Virus record (IMG/VR): IMGVR_UViG_3300038393_001969
Location: 1-24,727 of that record
Origin: a virus
Lineage: Duplodnaviria; Caudoviricetes
Strand: one strand, 5' to 3'
DNA length: 24,727 bases
Both the position numbers and the translations under genes were made by a program. Positions 15,578 to 23,247 of the stretch are shown here, in pieces (the first letter of the stretch is position 1; each line of letters starts with the position of its first letter). Below the pieces are notes generated by a model. It did no database searches. It was not told where the DNA came from and saw nothing but the letters and a program-made list of their open reading frames with translations.

Positions 15578-16071
15578 CCGTGGCCACCAAGATCGTCTAC
15601 GACGACGGAGCGACGCCGGCCGGGAAGGTGTCCGCGTCCACCCTCGTGAAGCCGAAGTCGGCGTTCGCGCCGACGCTGCTCCGGTACGTGCCGTGGATCG
15701 TCGCAGCGCTGGCCGTGCTCGTGGCGGTGTCGGTCGTGCTCGTGCCGCATGAGGCGGTGGGGCCCTCGCCCGCGCCGTCATCCTCTGCCGTCCATCTGGG
15801 GCAGACCTTCGCCCCGAAGCTTGCCAATTCACTGGCCGACGGATTTGACGCCAACGCCGACGCCGCAGAGGCTGGCAAGTCCTTCGGCGATGCCGACGAG
15901 GCATTGAAGGACGCCTTCTTCAGGTCGCGTCAGGCTGCGTTTGACCAGCACGCGAGCGACGCTATCCACGCGATCGTTGCGGACGGAAAGGACTCGAAAG
16001 ACCCCGAAGTTCGACAGCGGTGGGTGCAGTTCCACCGCGACTTCGCCAAGGGTTTGCGGAGGGCGAAATGA
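15574..16071 (+). CDS. Single-pass membrane protein with a helical C-terminal domain
   Basis: TM segment WIVAALAVLVAVSVVLV; coupled to the peptidase gene by ATGA. Confidence 0.7.
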   Translation: MTVATKIVYDDGATPAGKVSASTLVKPKSAFAPTLLRYVPWIVAALAVLVAVSVVLVPHEAVGPSPAPSSSAVHLGQTFAPKLANSLADGFDANADAAEAGKSFGDADEALKDAFFRSRQAAFDQHASDAIHAIVADGKDSKDPEVRQRWVQFHRDFAKGLRRAK

Positions 16072-16952
16072 CCTTCGACCCCACAATTCACCTGACGGGT
16101 TGGGTCGATCGCCCGGCCGAGCGGCAGTCGATGGCGCGGACCTTTGCGCCTCCGCTGGCCCAGGCCGCCCCACACCTGATGGGGGCCGACGAAAACGTCT
16201 TCCTCTTCCGTGCATGGAAGGACGTGCTCGGGGACTATCCCAAGTACGTGGCACAACGTATCGGCGATTGCACATCGTTCGGTAGCGGGCATGCGTTGGA
16301 CCTGCTCCAATGCGTCGAGATTGCCCTTGGCAACCAGCCGATCGGCTACCTTGAGACCTGCACAGAGGCGATCTATGGCATGGGCCGCGAGATCGCCGGC
16401 ATGCTGGGCGGCGGCGACGGCTGCTACGGTGTCGCCGTTGCCAAGGCCCTTGTCGAGCACGGCGCGGTTCCCCGAAAACTTGTGGGCGAATACTCGGGAG
16501 ACCGGGCAAAGCGGTGGGGGGCCAGTGGTGTCCCGGCCGAGATCAAGACCGAGATGGCCAAGCACAGGCTCGGCGCCGCAGCCCTCGTGACGACCCTGGA
16601 TGAACTTGACGCCGCGCTGGCCAATGGCTACCCCGCAGCGGGCGGGTTCTCGCAAGGGTTTGTGATGCACCGTGACGCCAACGGATGCTGCCAGCAATCC
16701 GGCTCGTGGGGCCACGAGCAATGTTGCACTGGGCGGCGCCGACGGAACGGGCATCGCGAATACCTTCTCTGTCAGTCGTGGGGTCCGAACGTGCCAGACG
16801 GGCCGACGACGGACGAACAGCCGGATTTCTCGTTCTGGATCGACGAGCGGGCAATGGCCAGCATTCTCGGCCAGAACGATTTCCTGGCGTTTTCAAAGTT
16901 CGGCGGGTTCGAGCAACGGGTCATTCCCTGGACGACAAGGAACTATATTTGA
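16068..16952 (+). CDS. Papain-like (peptidase C1-type) cysteine protease
   Basis: Oxyanion Gln and catalytic Cys in QRIGDCTS, DGC.G, catalytic His in WGH, and QSWG in place of NSWG, followed by FW. Confidence 0.75.
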   Translation: MTFDPTIHLTGWVDRPAERQSMARTFAPPLAQAAPHLMGADENVFLFRAWKDVLGDYPKYVAQRIGDCTSFGSGHALDLLQCVEIALGNQPIGYLETCTEAIYGMGREIAGMLGGGDGCYGVAVAKALVEHGAVPRKLVGEYSGDRAKRWGASGVPAEIKTEMAKHRLGAAALVTTLDELDAALANGYPAAGGFSQGFVMHRDANGCCQQSGSWGHEQCCTGRRRRNGHREYLLCQSWGPNVPDGPTTDEQPDFSFWIDERAMASILGQNDFLAFSKFGGFEQRVIPWTTRNYI

Positions 16953-17524
16953 TGCACCTCACGCTCATCACGCTTGTTGTCCTGACCGGCTCCCGAACGG
17001 ACGGGAAACTCGGCGATGCCGCCCGGCCCGTCGCCACAAGGGCGATCACCAGCCTGCCGCCCGCCAATCCCGTCCAGTCTCCCCCGCCCGTGGTCGTCCA
17101 GTTCCACGAGGATGCCGCGACCAAGGATGACCTGATCCTCCTGGGCGAGAAGATCACCGGCACCTTGAAGCCGCTCGACACCCGGCTCGCGTCGGTCGAA
17201 CGAAGGACCGAATCGCTCGCCCGCGACGTGGCGGTCTTGAAGGCCGCGCGACAGGCTCCGCCCCCGACAGCCGCCGCGAAGACCGAGTCAAAGAAGCTCT
17301 ACCTGACCGACGCCGAAGGCATCCAGTGCTGGGGATGGGAGGAGTCTGAGCTTCGCGCCCGCGTCGCCCGACGCAACGAGGATTTCGCGCGGCGGTCCAC
17401 GCGGTTCGTGCAGCCGCAATACTACGCCGTCCCCCCGATGGGGTTTGGCGGTGGGTTCTCGGCGCCGATGACGCTCGGTGGCGGCTTCATGAGCGGTGGC
17501 TGTGCGGGCGGGAATTGCCGTTAA
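16952..17524 (+). CDS. Putative secreted coiled-coil protein with a C-terminal Gly-rich CAGGNC motif
   Basis: TGATG coupling; hydrophobic N-terminus, central coiled coil, ends in GGCAGGNCR. Confidence 0.65.
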   Translation: MHLTLITLVVLTGSRTDGKLGDAARPVATRAITSLPPANPVQSPPPVVVQFHEDAATKDDLILLGEKITGTLKPLDTRLASVERRTESLARDVAVLKAARQAPPPTAAAKTESKKLYLTDAEGIQCWGWEESELRARVARRNEDFARRSTRFVQPQYYAVPPMGFGGGFSAPMTLGGGFMSGGCAGGNCR

Positions 17525-17543
17525 CCCCGAAAGGCCCTCTCCC

Positions 17544-17864
17544 ATGCTCACCACGCTCTTGATCCTCGCGGCCCTGGCGCAGGCCCCGAAGTGCGATGCC
17601 TGCGCCACCGAGGCCAAGCCCAAGGCTTCGACGCCGCTCTGCCCCGACGGCTGCAAGTGCCCGTTCCCCTCTGCGTGCGGCCTGCCCGATTGCCAGTGCA
17701 AGCCGGCGCTCGGGTGGCTCCCGCCGCCGAAGGACAGGTGGGCGACGTTCGCGAACCGGCCCGGCTACCGCTATTGGGGGCACTACGTGGGCGGTACGTT
17801 CTATTTCTCGCACTACCAGGTGCCCGGTTCGGCCTACATCTACGCCGTTCACCCGGCCCGCTGA
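17544..17864 (+). CDS. Putative secreted Cys-rich protein
   Basis: Signal-like MLTTLLILAALAQA; CDAC...CPDGCKC...CGLPDCQC; aromatic-rich C-terminus. Confidence 0.65.
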   Translation: MLTTLLILAALAQAPKCDACATEAKPKASTPLCPDGCKCPFPSACGLPDCQCKPALGWLPPPKDRWATFANRPGYRYWGHYVGGTFYFSHYQVPGSAYIYAVHPAR

Positions 17865-17874
17865 GGAGTGACCC

Positions 17875-18174
17875 GTGACCGACTGCTGCCGCTCCAGGTG
17901 CTTCCCGGTCCTGATCGACTGCCGCACGCCGCACCCCGAATGCCCGCGCTCGATCCCCTGGACGGCCATTGAGCCGTTTGCGGCGATCGTCGAGCGGGAC
18001 TACCGCATGACGTTGGACCTCGCGGCCCGGCGCGGTGGGTTCACGCCGGCAGAACTGTTCAAAATCATGCGACGTGAGCACGTCTGCCACGATGGCCGTT
18101 GCGGCGACCCCTGCGCCGGCAAGGCGATCGCGTTCGTGCTCGGGTTGGTCGCGGGACACCCGCCGTGCTGCTGA
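17875..18174 (+). CDS. Hypothetical Cys-rich phage protein (IPW...TL..AARRGG.TP.EL)
   Basis: GAGGAG RBS; 99 aa. Confidence 0.6.
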   Translation: MTDCCRSRCFPVLIDCRTPHPECPRSIPWTAIEPFAAIVERDYRMTLDLAARRGGFTPAELFKIMRREHVCHDGRCGDPCAGKAIAFVLGLVAGHPPCC

Positions 18175-18638
18175 ACACCCTCTGGGCTTGGGCGAAGAAT
18201 CTGCTCGCCCTTGTCGGCGGGGCCACGCTGCTCTCGCTGGCGTGGTTCTGGGGCACGCTCTGGTACGAGACCCACGTCTCGCCCCCGGTCTACCAGGCGA
18301 TGCCTCCGGTGTCGGCCGTGGCCGAAAAACTGGCCGCGTCGATCTCGCCTGCGATTGTCCGGTTTGCGGCAGGGGCAGAGGACGACTTCGCCCGGTACGC
18401 GCCGGCTGGAATCCCGCGATGGGTTTTTCATCGGGGCTACCCCTATGCAGTCAAGGCGATCCCCGAAGGCGCCAAGGTTGGTTGTAACCTCGCGCTCGAT
18501 CGTTTCGGCAGCATGACGGCCGCGCAGGTGGCCGCGATGCTCGTCGAGCACCAGCGAAGCCGGGGCCGCGAGGCGCATCCGAGCGTACGAGAGTTGGCCG
18601 ACGGGCCGTTTGAGGAACGGACGATCCTCTTTCCCTGA
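18165..18638 (+). CDS. Membrane-anchored hypothetical protein
   Basis: GTG start overlapping the previous gene; N-terminal TM segment. Confidence 0.6.
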   Translation: MLLNTLWAWAKNLLALVGGATLLSLAWFWGTLWYETHVSPPVYQAMPPVSAVAEKLAASISPAIVRFAAGAEDDFARYAPAGIPRWVFHRGYPYAVKAIPEGAKVGCNLALDRFGSMTAAQVAAMLVEHQRSRGREAHPSVRELADGPFEERTILFP

Positions 18639-18645
18639 GGCGGCC

Positions 18646-18861
18646 ATGACCAACGCCCGGCGCATCCTCAGCGGCGCGAAAGTCCTACTGCTCAAGCACC
18701 AGGACGCCGGCACCGTCCCAATCCCCGAACTCCGCGTTTGCCTCGCCGAACTCGAGGCCGCGCTCGACGCTGAGCCGGTGCGGGAAATCGAGGTGCTGGG
18801 CGAACGTGCGGACCTTGAACGATCAGACTATGGCTACCCCACGGAGTTGACCCGACAATGA
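18646..18861 (+). CDS. Hypothetical protein
   Basis: GAGG RBS; ATGA coupling to the next gene. Confidence 0.55.
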   Translation: MTNARRILSGAKVLLLKHQDAGTVPIPELRVCLAELEAALDAEPVREIEVLGERADLERSDYGYPTELTRQ

Positions 18862-19250
18862 GCGACCCGACCCCCACGCCCAACGACCCGTTCCACCACG
18901 CGATCGACACCTACTATCAGGTGTTAGATAATGCTGCACACTGGCTGACCGACGAGAGGGACCGGATCGCCCACGCGGTCGCATCGATCGGCCTCTCCAA
19001 GCCGGTCGCCGAAGTCGCGACCGTGGCCGAGGCGGTCCTTTCGGCCACGCTGCCCGCCGCACTCACGGCTGGCGAGACGGCCGTCGCGGACTTCCTCACG
19101 CCCGCCAACCTCAGCGCCCTGGCGTCGATCGTCGGCGAGATTAACGCCACGCTGGTCAAGCAGTTCTTCACGCGAATCCCGGCGGTCCTGGCCCTGCCGA
19201 CCCCGCCGGCTGAAGAGCCGATCGTCCCCGCCCAAAAGCCGACCGCCTGA
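18858..19250 (+). CDS. Hypothetical Ala-rich helical protein
   Basis: 130-aa ORF with a GGAG RBS. Confidence 0.6.
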   Translation: MSDPTPTPNDPFHHAIDTYYQVLDNAAHWLTDERDRIAHAVASIGLSKPVAEVATVAEAVLSATLPAALTAGETAVADFLTPANLSALASIVGEINATLVKQFFTRIPAVLALPTPPAEEPIVPAQKPTA

Positions 19251-19285
19251 AACGACCACCAACACATCAGCGTGAGGCGCCGCCC

Positions 19286-19492
19286 ATGATCCTCTACCTC
19301 ATCTCCATCATCCTTTGCGGCGCCGCCGGCTCCTGGATCGCCGTGAAGGCCGAGTTGCCCGAGGGGCGGATGGTCGGCGCTTTAATCGGCGGCATCCTCA
19401 ACCTGTTCGGGGTCGTTTTTCTGCTAGGCATCTGGGGCGCCGAGTGGGTAGAAACCCAACTCGAGTCCCGCCTCGGGAAGGGCGCCAGATGA
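19286..19492 (+). CDS. Small two-TM membrane protein
   Basis: Two hydrophobic helices. Confidence 0.65.
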   Translation: MILYLISIILCGAAGSWIAVKAELPEGRMVGALIGGILNLFGVVFLLGIWGAEWVETQLESRLGKGAR

Positions 19493-19659
19493 TCCTCTTG
19501 CTGCCCCTCGCCCTGCTGATCCTCGCCGCCTACGGCGTGTGGGCGATCATCACGGCGACGTTCAACCCCTGGCACTGGCTGGTCATGGCCGGGGCCTTCG
19601 GTGCGGTCGTGCTGGTGTTCCACCTGCTCTGGGTGCTGATCGGGAACATGCGTAAGTGA
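19489..19659 (+). CDS. Small two-TM membrane protein
   Basis: ATGA coupling; MILLLPLALLILAAYGVW..., almost entirely hydrophobic. Confidence 0.6.
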   Translation: MILLLPLALLILAAYGVWAIITATFNPWHWLVMAGAFGAVVLVFHLLWVLIGNMRK

Positions 19660-19958
19660 AGGTCTTCACGTCCATCGGCGCCGGCCTTGATTTCCTGTTC
19701 GGCCGCGTGGCCTCCACGGCGCGCGGCGTCCTGACGGCCCCCGAGTTCCGCCGAGTGATCGGCGTGGGCGTTGCGAGCGCGATTGCTGGAGCCTCGCCCG
19801 AATTGACCAAGGCCGCCGCGATTGGCTCGCACACCGAACTGCTCAACGCCGCGTGGACCGGGTTTCTGACCGGCGCCGCCGGCGCGACCGTGAGTCTGCT
19901 CCACCGCCTGTGCGACGACGCGCCCTCGCCTCCGCCCCCCACAGAAAGCACTCCATGA
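19656..19958 (+). CDS. Holin-like membrane protein
   Basis: GTGA coupling; two weakly hydrophobic helices and a Pro-rich tail. The holin role is inferred. Confidence 0.45.
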   Translation: MKVFTSIGAGLDFLFGRVASTARGVLTAPEFRRVIGVGVASAIAGASPELTKAAAIGSHTELLNAAWTGFLTGAAGATVSLLHRLCDDAPSPPPPTESTP

Positions 19959-20143
19959 GTAGCGACCCCGATCGCGTCACCCCCGGCGGGATGGCCTTGA
20001 TCTACGCCGTGGGCTTGCTCGCCCTGAGCATCACCTGCGTGCGCCTGGTCGGCCAGTTCCTCGCGGGGCACGCGGTCGCGGCGTGGAAGCGGACGATCCG
20101 CCGCGAGCAGAAGCAGCACAAGCACGACGGGCCGAAAAAGTAA
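19955..20143 (+). CDS. Small single-TM protein with a basic C-terminus
   Basis: ATGA coupling; TM segment ALIYAVGLLALSITCV. Confidence 0.55.
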   Translation: MSSDPDRVTPGGMALIYAVGLLALSITCVRLVGQFLAGHAVAAWKRTIRREQKQHKHDGPKK

Positions 20144-20149
20144 ACCCCC

Positions 20150-20425
20150 ATGGCCTCGCACTCCGGAGACCATCGCATGGTGCCGCATGACGTATCCAAC
20201 CAGACCGGCCTGTTCGCTGCCAACGCCGCCGCAGCCGGCTGGTGGGTCGTCAACCTCGTCGCGCGACACGGCCCCTCGTGGGAGGCGGTTCCGCCGATCC
20301 TCATCGGCGCCGCGAGCCTCATCGGTGCCGTCAAGAGTTGGCAGAACGACCAGCAATTACGGCGGCACCGTGAGGAGTTGCACCGGCTCGAGATCGAGAA
20401 ACGCAAGGGCAATGCTGCCGGTTGA
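20150..20425 (+). CDS. Holin-like membrane protein
   Basis: Two hydrophobic segments and a highly charged C-terminus (RRHREELHRLEIEKRK), a holin-like layout. Confidence 0.5.
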   Translation: MASHSGDHRMVPHDVSNQTGLFAANAAAAGWWVVNLVARHGPSWEAVPPILIGAASLIGAVKSWQNDQQLRRHREELHRLEIEKRKGNAAG

Positions 20426-20434
20426 CGTAACCGC

Positions 20435-20653
20435 ATGAACCACGCCGTGACCAACGCCTCGGACGACCTCGTGATGCTCGGCATCGTCTGCGTCGGCATC
20501 GGCATGGCGATCGTGATCTCCGCGTTCGCGGCCGGGCTGTTCCATCGGCACCATCCGGTGTGCGAGGACCGGCCGAAGCGGCTGACGAATGCGGAGCGGG
20601 CGAGGCTGTATCCAGCGATCGCGGAGCGGATTGAGCGCCAGTTGGGCCGATAA
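20435..20653 (+). CDS. Small single-TM protein
   Basis: TM segment LVMLGIVCVGIGMAIVISAFAAGLF. Confidence 0.55.
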   Translation: MNHAVTNASDDLVMLGIVCVGIGMAIVISAFAAGLFHRHHPVCEDRPKRLTNAERARLYPAIAERIERQLGR

Positions 20654-20695
20654 AAGTAACATAGGTAACATCCGAAAACAGGAAAGACTGTCAGT

Positions 20696-21163
20696 GTGCA
20701 GCACGTCCTGGCTGATTATTCCCCGAGAAAGAAAGACTGGCGATGGGTCTTCCTGGAGGCGCTGGCCAAGACGTGCTGCGTAAGTTCGGCGTGCGTTGCG
20801 GCGAACGTGCCCCGCAAGACGGCGTACGCCCATCGGGAGAAGTTTCCGAAGTTTCGCAGGGCATGGGATGAGGCCCTGGAGATCGGCGTGGAGGCTCTTG
20901 AGGTTTACGCCCGGCATCGGGCGTTCAACCCGGCCGACCCCGCCTCGCACATCCTGACAATGTTCTTGCTTAAAGCCCACAAGCCCCACAAGTACCGCGA
21001 CAACGGACATCAGATCCCTAAGGATGAGCCGGAAGATGAGGCCGAGCGGCTGACGCCCGATGCGCTGGCCCGGCTCTCGCAAGATGACCTCGACGCTCTC
21101 GAATCCATCGCGAAGAAGCTTGCTGGTCAAGCCGACGGAGGCCCTCAAGCGGATCCAAGCTGA
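20696..21163 (+). CDS. terS: Terminase small subunit (HTH type)
   Basis: FLEAL.....VS.AC..A.V.R.T.Y..R.....F...WDEA.E.G...LE..A..RA and L.MFLLKA..P.KYRD; immediately upstream of and overlapping terL. Confidence 0.75.
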   Translation: MQHVLADYSPRKKDWRWVFLEALAKTCCVSSACVAANVPRKTAYAHREKFPKFRRAWDEALEIGVEALEVYARHRAFNPADPASHILTMFLLKAHKPHKYRDNGHQIPKDEPEDEAERLTPDALARLSQDDLDALESIAKKLAGQADGGPQADPS

Positions 21164-22778
21164 GAAGGCGAGGAGATCGCTTGCGGACTTTATCCGCTAC
21201 GGCTGGCACGTCCTTGAGCCGACGACGCCGCTGGATTGGAACTGGCATATTGATGCCCTTGCGGGCCACATCCAATGTGTTCTCGAGGACTGGATGCGTC
21301 GGCAGCAAGACCCGTCTTATGTCCAACGCATACAGAATCTTTTAATCAATATCCCGCCTGGGACGGCAAAGAGTCGCGTGGTATCGGTCATGACGCCCGC
21401 ATGGATGTGGGCCCGATGCCCGGCGTGGCGGGCTATCTTCCTGAGCGCCAACCCCCGCGTTGCCCTCCGCGACAGCGTGTATTGCCGGGACGTGATCGAG
21501 TCGGATTGGTATCGGGACTGGTTCCGGCCGGACTGGGAACTGGCAGAGGATCAGAACGCCAAGGGGCTTTATCGCAACACGCGGGGCGGCTACCGGCAGG
21601 CGATGGGGTTCAACTCGAGGATTACCGGCGATCGTGCCGACGCAATCCTCGTGGACGACCCGCACGACGCCCAGGAGGCCGAGAGCGACGCGATCCGGCA
21701 GGGCGTGCTCGACCGCTGGGATTCGGCCATCGCAAATCGACTCAATGACCTCCGCTCGTCCGTCCGCATCGGGATCATGCAGCGGCTGCACTCTGAGGAC
21801 TGGAGCGGGCACGTCCTGAAGTCTGGCGTCTGGGAGCACCTCTGTATACCCCAGGAGTTCGAGCCGAAGCGGGCGCGGACCACTTGTATCGGCTGGACGG
21901 ACCCCCGGAAGGAATCGGGTGAACTCCTCTTCCCCAAGCGGTTCACCCCTGAGATTCTCCGCCAGGAGCGGGCAAGACTCGGGAGTTACGGCTATGCCGG
22001 ACAGCACCAGCAACAGCCCGTCCCGTCCGAAGGCGGCGTCTTCAAGCACGCCTGGTTCCGCTACTGGCGTCCCGACGCGATCGGCTGCGTTCGGTGCTCC
22101 GGCTCGGGGAATGTCGGAAACGCGAAATGCCGGCGTTGCTCTGGGAGCGGGAGCGTCCGTCGCTACCACTTGCTCCGCAAGAAATCGGCCCCCAAGATCG
22201 TCGAGGCCATGAACTGTCGCCACTTCGGTATTGTGGATCTCGCGTTCAGCACGCGAACATCGGCCGACTTCACGGTTATCACGGCCTGGGCCGCGACGCC
22301 CGACAGCGATCTGGTCCTGCTCGACATGGACCGCCGACGCCTCGAAGGTCCGGACATCCTGCCCGCCATTCAGGCGATGTCCGACAAACACCGACTTGAT
22401 TACGTCGGAATCGAAGAGGTTAGCGCCCAATTGCTCGTCGTCCAGACCGCCCGCCGTGCCGGCCTGACGATTCGGGGCCTTGCGGCTGACAAGGACAAGC
22501 GGACGCGGGCGCTGCCGATGGCGATCCGGATGGAAAACGAGCAGGTCTTCATGCCGGAAGGCTTCGACAAGCTCCCGGCGATCGAGGCGGAACTACTCGA
22601 GTTCGACCGGGGCGCCCACGACGACATCGTGGACAACTTCGCGTATGCCGGGGCTGAAGTCCAGCGGTTCGGCGGGGCACCTGAACCCGATGACGTTCGC
22701 GAGGCCCGCGAGCAGGCCGAGCAGGCTGAGCGGGAGCGCGAGTGGCACGACCCAAGCAACCCAGCATGGTGGGAATGA
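21084..22778 (+). CDS. terL: Terminase large subunit
   Basis: Walker A-like INIPPGTAKS, Walker B ILVDDPH, IMQRLH.EDWSG, QQ.P; nuclease domain VDLA...DFT...HDDIVD. The start codon is uncertain (21060 or 21084). Confidence 0.93.
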   Translation: MTSTLSNPSRRSLLVKPTEALKRIQAEKARRSLADFIRYGWHVLEPTTPLDWNWHIDALAGHIQCVLEDWMRRQQDPSYVQRIQNLLINIPPGTAKSRVVSVMTPAWMWARCPAWRAIFLSANPRVALRDSVYCRDVIESDWYRDWFRPDWELAEDQNAKGLYRNTRGGYRQAMGFNSRITGDRADAILVDDPHDAQEAESDAIRQGVLDRWDSAIANRLNDLRSSVRIGIMQRLHSEDWSGHVLKSGVWEHLCIPQEFEPKRARTTCIGWTDPRKESGELLFPKRFTPEILRQERARLGSYGYAGQHQQQPVPSEGGVFKHAWFRYWRPDAIGCVRCSGSGNVGNAKCRRCSGSGSVRRYHLLRKKSAPKIVEAMNCRHFGIVDLAFSTRTSADFTVITAWAATPDSDLVLLDMDRRRLEGPDILPAIQAMSDKHRLDYVGIEEVSAQLLVVQTARRAGLTIRGLAADKDKRTRALPMAIRMENEQVFMPEGFDKLPAIEAELLEFDRGAHDDIVDNFAYAGAEVQRFGGAPEPDDVREAREQAEQAEREREWHDPSNPAWWE

Positions 22779-22813
22779 GGAGGCGCATGTTGGGAATGAG
22801 GAGGCGCATGGTG
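22764..22813 (+). repeat. 21-bp tandem duplication (about 2.4 copies) spanning the terL stop and the next RBS/start
   Basis: gcatggtgggaatgaggaggc / gcatgttgggaatgaggaggc / gcatggtg. Confidence 0.9.
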
Positions 22814-23044
22814 ACGACTTTCGTGGCGGACGCCGACATGCGGCCGAAGGACTGGGCAGAGGTTGTCATCCAGCCTCGTCCCCTGTCTGAGTATGAGCGT
22901 CTTCAATTCAAGGAACAATGGGATGCGTTGGCGAGAGGCAGACGCCCAGGGCCAACGATCGTCCATGGCGGCGTTGAGGTGGTGACGCTGGACCATTCCG
23001 CGACGTGCCTCCCGGCGACCATCGTGAGCCAGGAGTTCGCGTGA
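22808..23044 (+). CDS. Small protein resembling an internal segment of HK97-family portal proteins
   Basis: GAGGAGG RBS; LSEYERLQFKEQWDALARGRRPGPTIVHGGVEV resembles a segment of the downstream portal. Confidence 0.55.
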   Translation: MVTTFVADADMRPKDWAEVVIQPRPLSEYERLQFKEQWDALARGRRPGPTIVHGGVEVVTLDHSATCLPATIVSQEFA

Positions 23045-23247
23045 TGGGCTACCGTGGTCCCGAGCCCGCGCCTCTGCGTCGTCGGGCAACTCGCAATCCG
23101 CTGACCCCCAAGCAGCAGCAGTGGCATCAGCGAGAGACGTTGGCGCGGCGTGAGGACGATCCGCCGTTCTATCGTCTTCCGTGGTGGCTGATCGCATTCG
23201 CGATCACCTGCTATTACATCCTCGGAGCGCTGTCGGCAAGCCAGTGA
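23041..23247 (+). CDS. Small protein with a C-terminal TM helix
   Basis: AGGAG RBS; GTGA overlaps at both ends; WWLIAFAITCYYILGAL. Confidence 0.55.
   Translation: MMGYRGPEPAPLRRRATRNPLTPKQQQWHQRETLARREDDPPFYRLPWWLIAFAITCYYILGALSASQ

Noticed and set aside
22764-22813. Direct repeat considered as a mini CRISPR array
   Set aside because: The copies are head-to-tail with no spacer and no hairpin, so this is a simple tandem duplication.
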